From an uncultured Peptococcaceae bacterium (GTDB taxonomy: Bacteria > Bacillota > Dehalobacteriia > UBA7702): DNA of 64,000 nucleotides. The first letter of the stretch is position 1; every line of letters begins with the position of its first letter. Shown here piece by piece: positions 18,243 to 29,256 of the stretch. The position numbers were made by a program, and so were the translations under genes. Where the stretch lies: the NCBI GenBank assembly GCA_964637365.1, contig CAZWWH010000003.1:13418-77417 (forward strand), written 5' to 3'. The notes beneath the pieces are model-generated. The model had not been told where the DNA came from, did not search any database, and was given only the letters and a program-made list of their open reading frames with translations.

Positions 18243-20402
18243 ATGAAAAAAACAACCATTAAAATTGCCTTAGCGGGAAACCCCAACTGCGGGAAGACAA
18301 CAATGTTCAACGCCCTAACGGGCAGCTCGCAATATGTCGGCAACTGGCCCGGCGTTACCGTGGAGAAGAAAGAAGGCAAACTGAAGAATCACAAAGACGT
18401 CATCGTTACCGACTTGCCGGGGATCTATTCCCTCTCCCCCTACACACCGGAGGAAGTGGTGGCTCGTGATTATCTGTTAAACGAGCGCCCCGACGTCATC
18501 ATCAATCTCATCGACAGCACCAATATTGAGCGCAATCTTTACCTCACCTCTCAACTGCTGGAAACGGGAATTCCCGTAGTGGCGGCGTTGAACATGACGG
18601 ATATTCTGGAAAAGCGCGGCGAGGCCATTGATATCAAGGCCTTAAAAAAAGCCCTGCAATGTGAAATCATTCCTATTTCCGCCGTAAAAAACAATGGCGT
18701 TAAAGAAGCCGCTGAAACAGCCCTGAGGATCGCAAAATCCCCAGAGGGAAAAGAGGCAATCCCTTTCACTTTTGATAAAACCACCGAAAGCGCTTTGGAA
18801 GCCATCGGTGAAATTATCAACGAGAGCGTCAAGGATGACTGCTGCCGGTGGCACTCGGTCAAGGTTTTTGAACGGGATGAAAAAGAGCTGGAAGCCCTAA
18901 GTCTCTCCCAAAGTCAGATGGACCGCGTGGAAAAAATTGTCACCAACTGCGAAGCCATTTGCGATGATGACAGTGAATCCATTATCACCGACCAACGTTA
19001 TCAGGTCATCGCAGAAATCACCAAGCGTCTTGGAAGCAAACAGCCCAAACACCATGCCGATACCTTATCCGATAAAATTGACCGCGTTGTCACCAATCGC
19101 TTTTTGGCCCTGCCCATTTTTGCCGGCGTCATCTTTCTGGTTTACTTCTTGGCGGTCACTACCGTTGGGGCCTGGGGCACCGACTGGGTCAATGATGTAC
19201 TCTTTGGTGAAATCATTCCCCCGGCAGTGGAAAGCGGCCTTACCTCCATCGGCTGTGCTGATTGGCTTTCCTCTCTGATTCTTGACGGCATCATCGGCGG
19301 CGTCGGCGCTGTTCTCGGCTTTCTCCCCCAGATGCTGGTATTATTCTTCCTATTGTCTCTACTGGAGGATTGCGGTTACATGGCGCGTATCGCTTTTATC
19401 ATGGACCGTATTTTCCGCAAATTCGGTCTTTCCGGGAAATCCTTTATTCCCATTCTCATTGGTACCGGCTGCGGCGTCCCCGGTGTGATGGCCTCCCGTA
19501 CCATTGAAAACGAATGCGACCGCAGATTAACCATTCTCACCACGACCTTTATCCCCTGCGGCGCAAAACTGCCCATCATCGCGTTGATTGCCGGAGCCCT
19601 CTTTGACGGCGCGGCATGGGTCGCTCCCTCGGCCTATTTCATTGGCATTGCAGCCATTATCTGCTCCGGCATTATCCTGAAAAAGACGAAACACTTTGCC
19701 GGAGAACCTGCTCCTTTTGTAATGGAGCTGCCGCCCTACCATGCCCCTAGTTTCAAAGGCGTTGTCATTCATATGTGGGACCGCGCCAAATCCTTCGTAA
19801 AAAAAGCCGGGACCATCATCTTCCTGGCCTGCGGGATTATATGGTTCCTTTCCAGCTTTAATTGGACCATGGATATGGTGGACACCACCGAATCCATGCT
19901 GGCCTCCATCGGCCGCGTCATTGCCCCGATTTTTGCCCCCTTGGGCTGGGGTGATTGGCAGAGCGCCGTAGCAGCCATCACCGGTTTAGTGGCCAAAGAA
20001 AACGTGGTTGGTACCTTTGGTGTGCTCTTTGGTTTTGCCGAAGTGGCCGAAGACGGTGTGGAAATTTGGGCCAGTCTCCAGGGAATCTTCACTCCCCTGG
20101 CTGCCTTCTCCTTCCTGATCTTCAACCTCCTCTGCGCACCTTGTTTTGCCGCCATTGGCGCCATTCGCCGTGAAATGGGCAGCGCAAAATTGACTTGGTT
20201 CGCCATTGGCTATCAAACGGTTCTGGCTTATGCTGTATCCTTCACCGTTTACCACTTCGGCCTGTTATTCACCGGCGGCGGCTTCAGCTTCGCCACAGTA
20301 TTGGCTCTCCTCGTTGCCCTTGTGTTCTTCTACTTCCTGCTGCGTCCCGCAGCCAGAACAAAGCACACTGTTTTGAAAAGTGAAAAGGAGATGGCTTCGT
20401 AA
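18243..20402 (+). CDS. feoB: Ferrous iron transport protein B
   Basis: GNPNCGKT, VGNWPGVTV, DLPGIYSL and a polytopic membrane domain. Confidence 0.98.
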   Translation: MKKTTIKIALAGNPNCGKTTMFNALTGSSQYVGNWPGVTVEKKEGKLKNHKDVIVTDLPGIYSLSPYTPEEVVARDYLLNERPDVIINLIDSTNIERNLYLTSQLLETGIPVVAALNMTDILEKRGEAIDIKALKKALQCEIIPISAVKNNGVKEAAETALRIAKSPEGKEAIPFTFDKTTESALEAIGEIINESVKDDCCRWHSVKVFERDEKELEALSLSQSQMDRVEKIVTNCEAICDDDSESIITDQRYQVIAEITKRLGSKQPKHHADTLSDKIDRVVTNRFLALPIFAGVIFLVYFLAVTTVGAWGTDWVNDVLFGEIIPPAVESGLTSIGCADWLSSLILDGIIGGVGAVLGFLPQMLVLFFLLSLLEDCGYMARIAFIMDRIFRKFGLSGKSFIPILIGTGCGVPGVMASRTIENECDRRLTILTTTFIPCGAKLPIIALIAGALFDGAAWVAPSAYFIGIAAIICSGIILKKTKHFAGEPAPFVMELPPYHAPSFKGVVIHMWDRAKSFVKKAGTIIFLACGIIWFLSSFNWTMDMVDTTESMLASIGRVIAPIFAPLGWGDWQSAVAAITGLVAKENVVGTFGVLFGFAEVAEDGVEIWASLQGIFTPLAAFSFLIFNLLCAPCFAAIGAIRREMGSAKLTWFAIGYQTVLAYAVSFTVYHFGLLFTGGGFSFATVLALLVALVFFYFLLRPAARTKHTVLKSEKEMAS

Positions 20403-20561
20403 ATGGAATATCTTTCTACAATTATCATCGGCGTCTTGGTTGGTCTTTGCTTCATCGGCGCCATTGTCAAAGTGCGGAGGGACAGGAAAAAAGGCAGCTG
20501 CGGCTGTTCCAATGAATGTCCCCATTGCTCCCACTGCTCCAGTGAATCAAAAAAACATTAA
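20403..20561 (+). CDS. FeoB-associated Cys-rich small membrane protein (not in the ORF track)
   Basis: Read by hand: MEYLSTIIIGVLVGLCFIGAIVKVRRDRKKGSCGCSNECPHCSHCSSESKKH*; ATG abuts the feoB stop. Confidence 0.88.
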   Translation: MEYLSTIIIGVLVGLCFIGAIVKVRRDRKKGSCGCSNECPHCSHCSSESKKH

Positions 20562-20619
20562 AATACGAACTCGTGATTTTTAATTGTGATTCCTTTTCGT
20601 GCGGCGGCCCTCTTAATCG

Positions 20620-20845
20620 ACAAAAAGTTAGGACTGTGCCGCGGCATGATTCTCTCTATACCCAAATCTCTATATCTCTATCGAAAGAGCCGGACTTCCC
20701 CAAAGTACCGGCTCTTTTGGTGTCATTTGCCCGGTATTTCATTTGGGATTCTCCCCTTTCTTCGTATTGACGGTGAAAAATTCCATGATGTCCAGAGACA
20801 CTACGGTTACCGCCCGCGACATTGACCAGTACTCATTATAATTAG
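20620..20845 (+). mobile_element. Possible degenerate IS3-family transposase remnant
   Basis: Fragments EKFHDVQRHYGYR and IDQY..YN resemble the IS3 OrfB YGYRR and IxxYIxxYN motifs; no intact ORF or ends. Confidence 0.3.
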
Positions 20846-20902
20846 AAACCTCGAAGCGGAATTACCACTTCGGGGTCATGACCATATGCCTATGTAAAAC
20901 GG

Positions 20903-22479
<1,577 letters not shown>

Positions 22480-22500
22480 TTACAAAACATATGAGCATCC

Positions 22501-22872
22501 TTATGATTCCGTCATATCAAAGCTCAAGCTCAGTAAATCCAAAATTTCCTTGTTCGGTACCGTACCATCCAGCAAAATACTGAGCCAATTCCGCTTATTC
22601 ATATGATAGGCAGGCAAAAAGCCCTCCCTGTTTAAAAAGGCGTCAATGAGCATTGGCGGACATTTTACGTTTAAAATGTCCTTTTTCTCCGAGTCCGTTA
22701 GACCGAGCCTTTGCCCGGGAACATCCATAATGACGGCATACCATTTGGAATTGTTTGAGTGTCTCAAAACAGCATAATTGGGAGACTTCCGCCAGAGAAA
22801 CTCCGGTATGGTACCAAAGGATTCTTTGGCGTATTGAAAAATATCATTTCTGGTAAATCCCTGTGATTTCAT
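22501..22872 (-). CDS. MmcQ/YjbR family protein
   Basis: KWYAVIMDV, LNVKC and PAYHMNKRNWLSILLDG. Confidence 0.9.
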   Translation of the reverse strand: MKSQGFTRNDIFQYAKESFGTIPEFLWRKSPNYAVLRHSNNSKWYAVIMDVPGQRLGLTDSEKKDILNVKCPPMLIDAFLNREGFLPAYHMNKRNWLSILLDGTVPNKEILDLLSLSFDMTES

Positions 22873-22887
22873 ATTTTTAACCTATAA

Positions 22888-23085
22888 AATAAAAAAAATC
22901 TCCCATCCCAAAGGGACGAAGATTCCGCGTTGCCACCCTAATTGACTCATGACTGAGTCCACTCAAATCCGATAACGGGGATGAACCGGCTTTCGCACAT
23001 TTGCGTCGAGCGGAAAAACAGCCGCTTTCATCGGGCTTCCACCGTATCCCGACTCTCTTTCCAAAACGTCACTGCCATATTCTCG
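22888..23085 (-). promoter_or_regulatory. T-box riboswitch (Ser)
   Basis: Minus strand: GGTGGAAGCCC stem I region, T-box AGGGTGGCAACGCG, then a terminator hairpin and U-tract; upstream of mmcQ-serS. Confidence 0.9.
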
Positions 23086-23485
23086 ACTTGCTTTTCATAT
23101 TTTCGCAAATATTATAGCACAGTCCCTCGCAATTGTCAATTTTACCACGAGGGATTTTGGAAAAATATAGCCTCACTGCCACGCTTTTTTGCCCCATTCT
23201 ACCGCTTTAGGAAATTACTATATTGCTATATATTTTATGGCTCTGTGGTATCCAGAGCATGATACTAACTTTAAAAAAGGTAATATCCTTCCAAATCCTT
23301 GCAACGGAGATCATTCTTCGGAAGATGATGTTGAGAGGAATTTCAAATTGGCGGCAATGAAAAATTGCGGAAATGACCATGGATTTAAGAATAACTCAAA
23401 TAAGAGGAAAATATTTTGCAAGATGACTTGACAATCTCCCGTTCATCTGCTATCATGTATAGGTACCTTTGGAGAAAGGGAACTC

Positions 23486-23575
23486 GGAGGGGTGTCCGAG
23501 TGGTTTAAGGAGGCGGTCTTGAAAACCGTTGAACCTTTGCGGGTTCCGTGGGTTCGAATCCCACCCTCTCCGCCA
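23486..23575 (+). tRNA. tRNA-Ser(TGA)
   Basis: Anticodon arm GCGGT-CT TGA AA-ACCGT, long variable arm, GGTTCGAATCC and CCA; TTGACA-17-TATCAT promoter at 23428. Confidence 0.97.
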
Positions 23576-23604
23576 TTGAACCCAGCCGATCCAAAACAAG
23601 ATTT

Positions 23605-23699
23605 GGAGAGTTGGCCGAGTCGGTCGAAGGCGCTCGCCTGCTAAGCGAGTATACGGGCTAAAACCTGTATCGAGGGTTCGAATCCCTTGCTCTCCGCCA
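23605..23699 (+). tRNA. tRNA-Ser(GCT)
   Basis: CTCGC-CT GCT AA-GCGAG, long variable arm, CCA. Confidence 0.97.
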
Positions 23700-23704
23700 T
23701 ATGC

Positions 23705-23781
23705 GTGCCCGTAGCTCAGCTGGATAGAGTGTTTGACTACGAATCAAAAGGCCACAGGTTCGAATCCTGTCGGGCACGCCA
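23705..23781 (+). tRNA. tRNA-Arg(ACG)
   Basis: TTTGA-CT ACG AA-TCAAA; cloverleaf with CCA. Confidence 0.97.
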
Positions 23782-23797
23782 ATTTTTTATCCGAAAT

Positions 23798-23873
23798 GCG
23801 CCCGTAGCTCAGTGGATAGAGCATCGGTTTCCTAAACCGCAGGTCGGACGTTCGAGTCGTCTCGGGCGCGCCA
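23798..23873 (+). tRNA. tRNA-Arg(CCT)
   Basis: CGGT-TT CCT AA-ACCG; cloverleaf with CCA. Confidence 0.96.
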
Positions 23874-23907
23874 CCATATTCCCAGCTACAACGCAATATG
23901 AAAAAAT

Positions 23908-23936
23908 AAAGCAGACCTCAAAGGTCTGCTTTTTTG
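23908..23936 (+). terminator. Terminator of the tRNA cluster
   Basis: AAAGCAGACCT-CAA-AGGTCTGCTTTTTT. Confidence 0.88.
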
Positions 23937-24181
23937 ATGCTATGGGGATGATTGGTACAAAAAAGCAGACAAATGCCCCATATTACCCAATTTGTCCACA
24001 GGCACATCGCTTTGCTCTTCAATTTTTCTCTCTTTGAAAAAGAAAAGAATAAGAAAACCAGCCAGTAAAGTGATACCAGAATACGCAAGAATGGCCCCGC
24101 GAATTCCCCGCTGAGATAGTTGAAAAGTGTAAGAATAGCCATTCCCTAAATCATAAGAAGCAAGCCACGTCCACCTTAATC

Positions 24182-24385
24182 AATACTCGTTTTGGTTTCA
24201 CCGGAAAAGCACTGGAAAAATCAACAACTCAATTTATGCGATCTGCTGAAGCTACTGGTATGGACGCTACTGAGTCTGTTGGACTTGCGTCGAGGGCTAT
24301 GGAGGATGCAGGCATTGAGGCTGATGAATACAGCCGTGTCCTTGATATGGCTGCCAAAACCTCTCAAGTTTCTGGCATTGCACAA
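24182..24385 (+). pseudogene. Phage tail tape-measure protein fragment
   Basis: NTRFGFTGKALEKSTTQFMRSAEATGMDATESVGLASRAMEDAGIEADEYSRVLDMAAKTSQVSGI matches the siphophage tape-measure pattern; no start or continuation. Confidence 0.7.
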
Positions 24386-24529
24386 GATACACCATTCCTG
24401 AGTTCCAGAGCCATACTGGGCATCAGATCGGCGCCAATAATTCCCAACGATTTCATATCAGCGCTCTCCTTATTTAGATTACTTTATAACGGTGCTTCTT
24501 GTAACTATTAGAATATTCCCTTGTTCCGG

Positions 24530-26089
24530 TTATGACCGAAGCTTCCGATTCTTTTTCCGCTCTTCCATTTTACGGACGACACTGGGGTAAGAGGAAAGAT
24601 CCGTATGGGGAAAGAACCCGGCAGCGCTCATTTTTGAGATGAAATCCGGGAACTGTGCAAATTCCAGATAATAAATGCTTTCGCAAATATGATCGATTTG
24701 CTCCAGCCTCGACCGGTCCGTTAACAGAGCCAAGGCTCCCTTAAGGGAACCGTTGCCGATGGTCTGAAATTTTTCTCTGGGAACATCGGGATACATCCCG
24801 ATGGTGATGGCGGACTCCAAATTGATGTGCTCCCCGAACCCACCGACCGTATAAATGACATCAATATCGTCGGGACGCACCTCTGTGGCCTCCAGCAAAC
24901 AGGCCACCATGGTGTTGGCCGCAGCTTTGGTATCACGGAAGGCCAAAATGTCGCCTTCCGTAAAATACAGATCCTCCCCTGCGGCGGTTTCCTCCGCGTA
25001 AGCGTAAATAATGGCGGGCGCCCCGTCTTTTTCCACAATGCGCGGGGAGGCCTCGGGAATCAATTTCCCCTGCTTGTCCATATAGCCGTTTAAAAGCATT
25101 TCCGCCAGTAAATCCACGATTCCGGAGCCACAGATGCCAATGGCGGGCTTATCCTCAATGGTAGAATAGGTAAAGCAGTCGCCGTCAATGGCTACGCGGG
25201 AAACGGCACCGGGCTTGGCACGGCTGCCAAACTTGCTGATTCCCCCTTCCAAAGCGGGTCCTGCGGCGCCGGCGCCGGCGAAAAGAAAGTCCTTGTTGCC
25301 GATGACCATTTCACCGTTGGTACCGATATCCATATAAAGGCCCAATCGGTCACTGTCCACCATATCCACCGTAAGGAGGCCGCTGATAATATCGCCGCCG
25401 AGGTAGTTAGCGATGGAAGGAATACAGTACACCATTCCGCGGAAGTCAAGGCCCAATTCACTGCCATGGAGGAAGCCAATATCGTTGAAGGTCGGGGCAA
25501 AAGGGGTCATAAAAACGCAAAAGGCGTCAACGCCCATGAGAAGGTGAATCATGGTGGTATTGCCGCCCACCACCATCAGGGAGGCATTGCAAGGGTCCAT
25601 ACCGGACAGGGCTTCCATTTGGACAAGCAGACATTGAAACGCTTCCACCACGCAGCGCTGTAGCTCTTTCAGATGGGCCTCATCATCTTTACCGTAAAAA
25701 ATACGGCTCAAGATTTCCTCCCCATAGGCAATTTGAGGATTGGCAGCGCCATCGGCAGCCAAAACCTCTCCGCTGTTCAGGTCCACCAGCTCCATGGCAA
25801 TCATAGTGCTGCCCAAGTCCACGGCAAGGCCGTAATGGGAGGCGGAGGTATCGCCGGACTCCAGAGCCGTGATTTCCCAACGTTTTCCTGTCCAAACCAA
25901 GGTGACGGTGAGCTTCCAATTTTGTTCCCGAAAGGCTCGATAATCTCTGCGCAACACTGTATAGGAAAGCTCCGTCTCCCCAACCAAAGGAATCAAAGCG
26001 CGGAGCAGGCGCTCTTTATCGGCAGTCACGTCGCCGACTTGCGGCTCCGGCAATTCGATATAGATCTTTTTACTCAAAGGATTCATCAT
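24530..26089 (-). CDS. ASKHA-family reductive activator of corrinoid proteins (RACo/RamA-like)
   Basis: GLAVDLGST, NPQ..YGE.ILSRI, YLGGDI, DIGTNGE, AAGPALEG and GICGSG. Confidence 0.92.
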   Translation of the reverse strand: MMNPLSKKIYIELPEPQVGDVTADKERLLRALIPLVGETELSYTVLRRDYRAFREQNWKLTVTLVWTGKRWEITALESGDTSASHYGLAVDLGSTMIAMELVDLNSGEVLAADGAANPQIAYGEEILSRIFYGKDDEAHLKELQRCVVEAFQCLLVQMEALSGMDPCNASLMVVGGNTTMIHLLMGVDAFCVFMTPFAPTFNDIGFLHGSELGLDFRGMVYCIPSIANYLGGDIISGLLTVDMVDSDRLGLYMDIGTNGEMVIGNKDFLFAGAGAAGPALEGGISKFGSRAKPGAVSRVAIDGDCFTYSTIEDKPAIGICGSGIVDLLAEMLLNGYMDKQGKLIPEASPRIVEKDGAPAIIYAYAEETAAGEDLYFTEGDILAFRDTKAAANTMVACLLEATEVRPDDIDVIYTVGGFGEHINLESAITIGMYPDVPREKFQTIGNGSLKGALALLTDRSRLEQIDHICESIYYLEFAQFPDFISKMSAAGFFPHTDLSSYPSVVRKMEERKKNRKLRS

Positions 26090-26169
26090 TCATTCTCCAT
26101 TCTTCGGGATTTCCTTTATTAAAACTTCGATACATTCCATCAAATCCCTTTAGAAAATTTTACTGACGA

Positions 26170-26365
26170 CAAAATCTCCCGTCGTAAGACGGGAGATCGC
26201 AGATTGTCGTAAAACCCAGTTTTTCGGCAAGATGATAGCCTGTTAAGAAAGGCTTAGAATCAGTAAAACTTCCTGAGCCGCGGACACGCCGTTACCCAAA
26301 TGTACATAAGTGGTCGCATGCTCAGGAATTTTGCTGATGATCAGGCTTTATCGGCGGGAGATCGT
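26170..26365. repeat. Palindromic intergenic element plus terminator hairpin
   Basis: ATCTCCCGTC-GTAA-GACGGGAGAT hairpin; inverted repeat ATCAGTAAAACTTCCTGAGC / GCTCAGGAATTTTGCTGAT; CGGGAGATC repeated at both ends. Confidence 0.6.
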
Positions 26366-26381
26366 TCCATAAGATAAGATA

Positions 26382-27743
26382 CTATTGAGAAGAATGGCGA
26401 ATGAAATACTCGCCAAGAAGCAGCACCAAAGATGTGCCCAAAAACAAACCAAGGCAGGCAGTGATATCCAACGGTTTTCCCGGCGTGAAAAGGATCACAG
26501 CAATAGTCAGAATCAAAACAAGCTGCTCCACACGGGCGAAAACAGTCCCTACCATAGAGGGGCCAAACATATGATAAGCCCCTTTGACACGGCCCTTTTC
26601 CCTCTTCAATTTCAAATATGCCTGAAAGTTAATGATATAAGGTATGAGGAAAATAATATTGGTAAAGGAAAACAGCGTCCAAAATAGTTCCATTGCGCTG
26701 CGGGCCACTAGGCCGTAAGCAATGGCAATGATTGTCCCCACGGTTCCCGTAATAAGCAAAGCGCCCATGGGAACCTGGTTGGCGGTGTGCATTTTGCCAA
26801 AGACCTTGGGCAGCTCACCGTCTTTGGCCGCTACAGCGGCCATACGTCCGGCGCCGGAGATCCAGGTCACTGCCTGGGCGAAAAGGACCAAAAGAAAAAT
26901 CAAGCCTATGATGAAAACCACTGTTTTGGTCAAGGTTGGCGACAATGGCGCTAAAAGAAAGCAGTCCATTATGGCGTCTACGATGGTCATACGGTCCAGA
27001 GGGACGACGATCAAAATAGCGAAAATCGTGACAACATACAAACCCGAGATAAAAAAAGTATTGGCAATGGTGGCTTTCGGCACATCTTTCCTGGGGTTCT
27101 TCATGCGATTGCCCATGGAGGACATGACCTCAAATCCCAGGTAATTGTAGACAAGAGCGGAGAGAAACAGAAAGCTTTCATCAAGCCGCGGAAGAAACGA
27201 CGCAAGGGAAAGGTCATTGGCCGGGGCATTGCCCTTTCGCAGATAATATAGAGCCATGAAACACATCGCAGCTACAATCAAAATTTTACAGGCAGCGGAA
27301 AGATTGGAAAGCCGAGTCGCTGAGCGCAAGGGCCGCAAACCGAAAAGGACGACGCACCAAATGCAGGCAACCGCCATAATAAGCTGAAATAAAAAGCCTA
27401 CATCACCTAGGAAAATCTGGCAAAAAACATTTACCATAAAAATACAGGTAGAAGGAATCCAAATGGCGTTGTTGACCCAATAGAGCCAGGACATCCTAGC
27501 GCCCCAGCGGGGACCGTAGGCCATTTTCACCCAAGCGTACATTCCACCCTCTGCGGGATAGGAGGAGCCCATTTCCGCCATAATCAGACCCGAAGGAAAG
27601 AAAAAGGCCAGAGAAATGATGAGAGACCAAGTAATGGCGGAGGCGCCCATGGAAGCAACAGGTCCCACGGTGTCCAGAAAAAACATTGTACAGATCATAC
27701 CCAGGAATATGTCTTTTCGTCTAAGAATACAAGGATCATTCAT
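26382..27743 (-). CDS. APC-family amino acid/polyamine permease
   Basis: AEMGSSYPAEGGMYAWVK, YNYLGFE and KNPRKDVPK; about 12 TM; ends in TAG. Confidence 0.93.
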   Translation of the reverse strand: MNDPCILRRKDIFLGMICTMFFLDTVGPVASMGASAITWSLIISLAFFFPSGLIMAEMGSSYPAEGGMYAWVKMAYGPRWGARMSWLYWVNNAIWIPSTCIFMVNVFCQIFLGDVGFLFQLIMAVACIWCVVLFGLRPLRSATRLSNLSAACKILIVAAMCFMALYYLRKGNAPANDLSLASFLPRLDESFLFLSALVYNYLGFEVMSSMGNRMKNPRKDVPKATIANTFFISGLYVVTIFAILIVVPLDRMTIVDAIMDCFLLAPLSPTLTKTVVFIIGLIFLLVLFAQAVTWISGAGRMAAVAAKDGELPKVFGKMHTANQVPMGALLITGTVGTIIAIAYGLVARSAMELFWTLFSFTNIIFLIPYIINFQAYLKLKREKGRVKGAYHMFGPSMVGTVFARVEQLVLILTIAVILFTPGKPLDITACLGLFLGTSLVLLLGEYFIRHSSQ

Positions 27744-27777
27744 GGGGACGCCTCCTCTCTGATGAGACTATGACACG

Positions 27778-29187
27778 TTACTTTTGCAATTTCTTTTTAC
27801 GGTTCAGATTAAAGATTTCTCCAAGCCCAAGACCGATTAGGAAGCCGATACCCAGGGCGATACCGGTGACCCAATCAATGGGTTGACCCGGCACCCAGAA
27901 GAAGAGCACCATGGTGAAGATAATTATAATTTGACAGAAACGGCCTGCCAGAATACCAAACCCATCGGAACCGGGGAAGCGGTAGCCTCGTTGCGTTGCT
28001 TTGTCATTTTTTCTCAGCTTGATAAAAGCGGAGCAACAGAAAATAAAAGGAATCAAGAAAATCAAGCTAGTAAAGGAGAACAGGGTCCAAAAAAGGTCGC
28101 TGGCTGTGCCTCCGACGAAAGAGGCCAGCAAACCGTAAACGATAATCAGCGTGGTGCTGACAATACCAATGATCACAGAGCTGCCGAGAGGCGCTCCTTT
28201 TTTAGTGGTTTTGCCAAACACCTTAGGCAGTTCATTGCTTTCGGCGGACTCAATTGCCATATATCCCGCCGCCTGGAGCCAAGCAGGGCCTTGGGATACC
28301 AGGGTATAAAGGAAAATAAGGCCTACGATCACATAGAGAGCCGTGCCGAGGCCGCCGTCAAAGGTCAGAATAAAGCAATTCAGGATACCATTGATGATGT
28401 CGATTTCCTCCGCCGGGGTGATGACGCACATGGCAAAAGTAAAAAGAATGTAGATGCCGATAATCAAAACGAGGCTCAGAACAATCATGCGGGGCAAATC
28501 CTTGGCAGGATTTTTGATATTGCTGCCGCCGATGGCGCTGATGGCGTCGAAGCCCATGACATTGTAGATCAAGGCAGGGAAAAAGGCAAAGGCCGCGCCG
28601 ATGGTGGGCTGAAAGGCTGCGGCGGAAAATTTCGTAGCGGTTTGGCCGCCATTTTTCACGAAATAAATGATGGCGCAAATTACCAGACAACCGACGATGG
28701 TAAGTTTGGCGACACCGCCTAAATTACGCATTTTGGTAGATTCGTTTTGGGGTTGAGACGCCAGAAGTACATAGAGCCAAACGAGCACACAGGACAGAGC
28801 CAAATAGATGAAAAAAGAGATTTCCAAACCAAACAGAAGGTTCAGCATCTGGCTGACAACGTCCATCACGAAAATCGTGGCGGAGGCAACCCAAACAGCG
28901 TTGTTCAGCCAATAATACCAGGCGGTTCTGGCTGCATAGTCGGCTCCCAGGGAGATCTTGACCCAATGGTAAAGCCCCCCATCCGAGGGATAGGTGGAGC
29001 TCAGCTCCGCAGTCATTAACGCCATGGGCAAAAAGAAAATAACGCCTAAGATTAAATACCATGTAATGGAGCTAATTCCCATTGCCGAAGAGGCGATGCC
29101 GGAATCCAGAAAGAGCATGAGAACGATAATCCCCAAAAACAAGTCAATGGCGCTTAGTTTTTTAGGCTGGGAGGTAGTTGTTGTCAT
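27778..29187 (-). CDS. APC-family amino acid/polyamine permease
   Basis: AELSSTYPSDGGLYHWVK, YNVMGFD and KNPAKDLPR; paralog of the neighbouring permease. Confidence 0.93.
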   Translation of the reverse strand: MTTTTSQPKKLSAIDLFLGIIVLMLFLDSGIASSAMGISSITWYLILGVIFFLPMALMTAELSSTYPSDGGLYHWVKISLGADYAARTAWYYWLNNAVWVASATIFVMDVVSQMLNLLFGLEISFFIYLALSCVLVWLYVLLASQPQNESTKMRNLGGVAKLTIVGCLVICAIIYFVKNGGQTATKFSAAAFQPTIGAAFAFFPALIYNVMGFDAISAIGGSNIKNPAKDLPRMIVLSLVLIIGIYILFTFAMCVITPAEEIDIINGILNCFILTFDGGLGTALYVIVGLIFLYTLVSQGPAWLQAAGYMAIESAESNELPKVFGKTTKKGAPLGSSVIIGIVSTTLIIVYGLLASFVGGTASDLFWTLFSFTSLIFLIPFIFCCSAFIKLRKNDKATQRGYRFPGSDGFGILAGRFCQIIIIFTMVLFFWVPGQPIDWVTGIALGIGFLIGLGLGEIFNLNRKKKLQK

Positions 29188-29256
29188 TGCAAACACTCCT
29201 TTTTATGAGATTAGAAGTCTCTCCGGGCGGTGTTGCCGCCCGGAGGTATGTTCTTG

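Noticed and set aside
23486-23873. tRNA-Pyl or tRNA-Sec in the tRNA cluster
   Set aside because: Anticodons are TGA, GCT, ACG and CCT; none reads CTA or TCA
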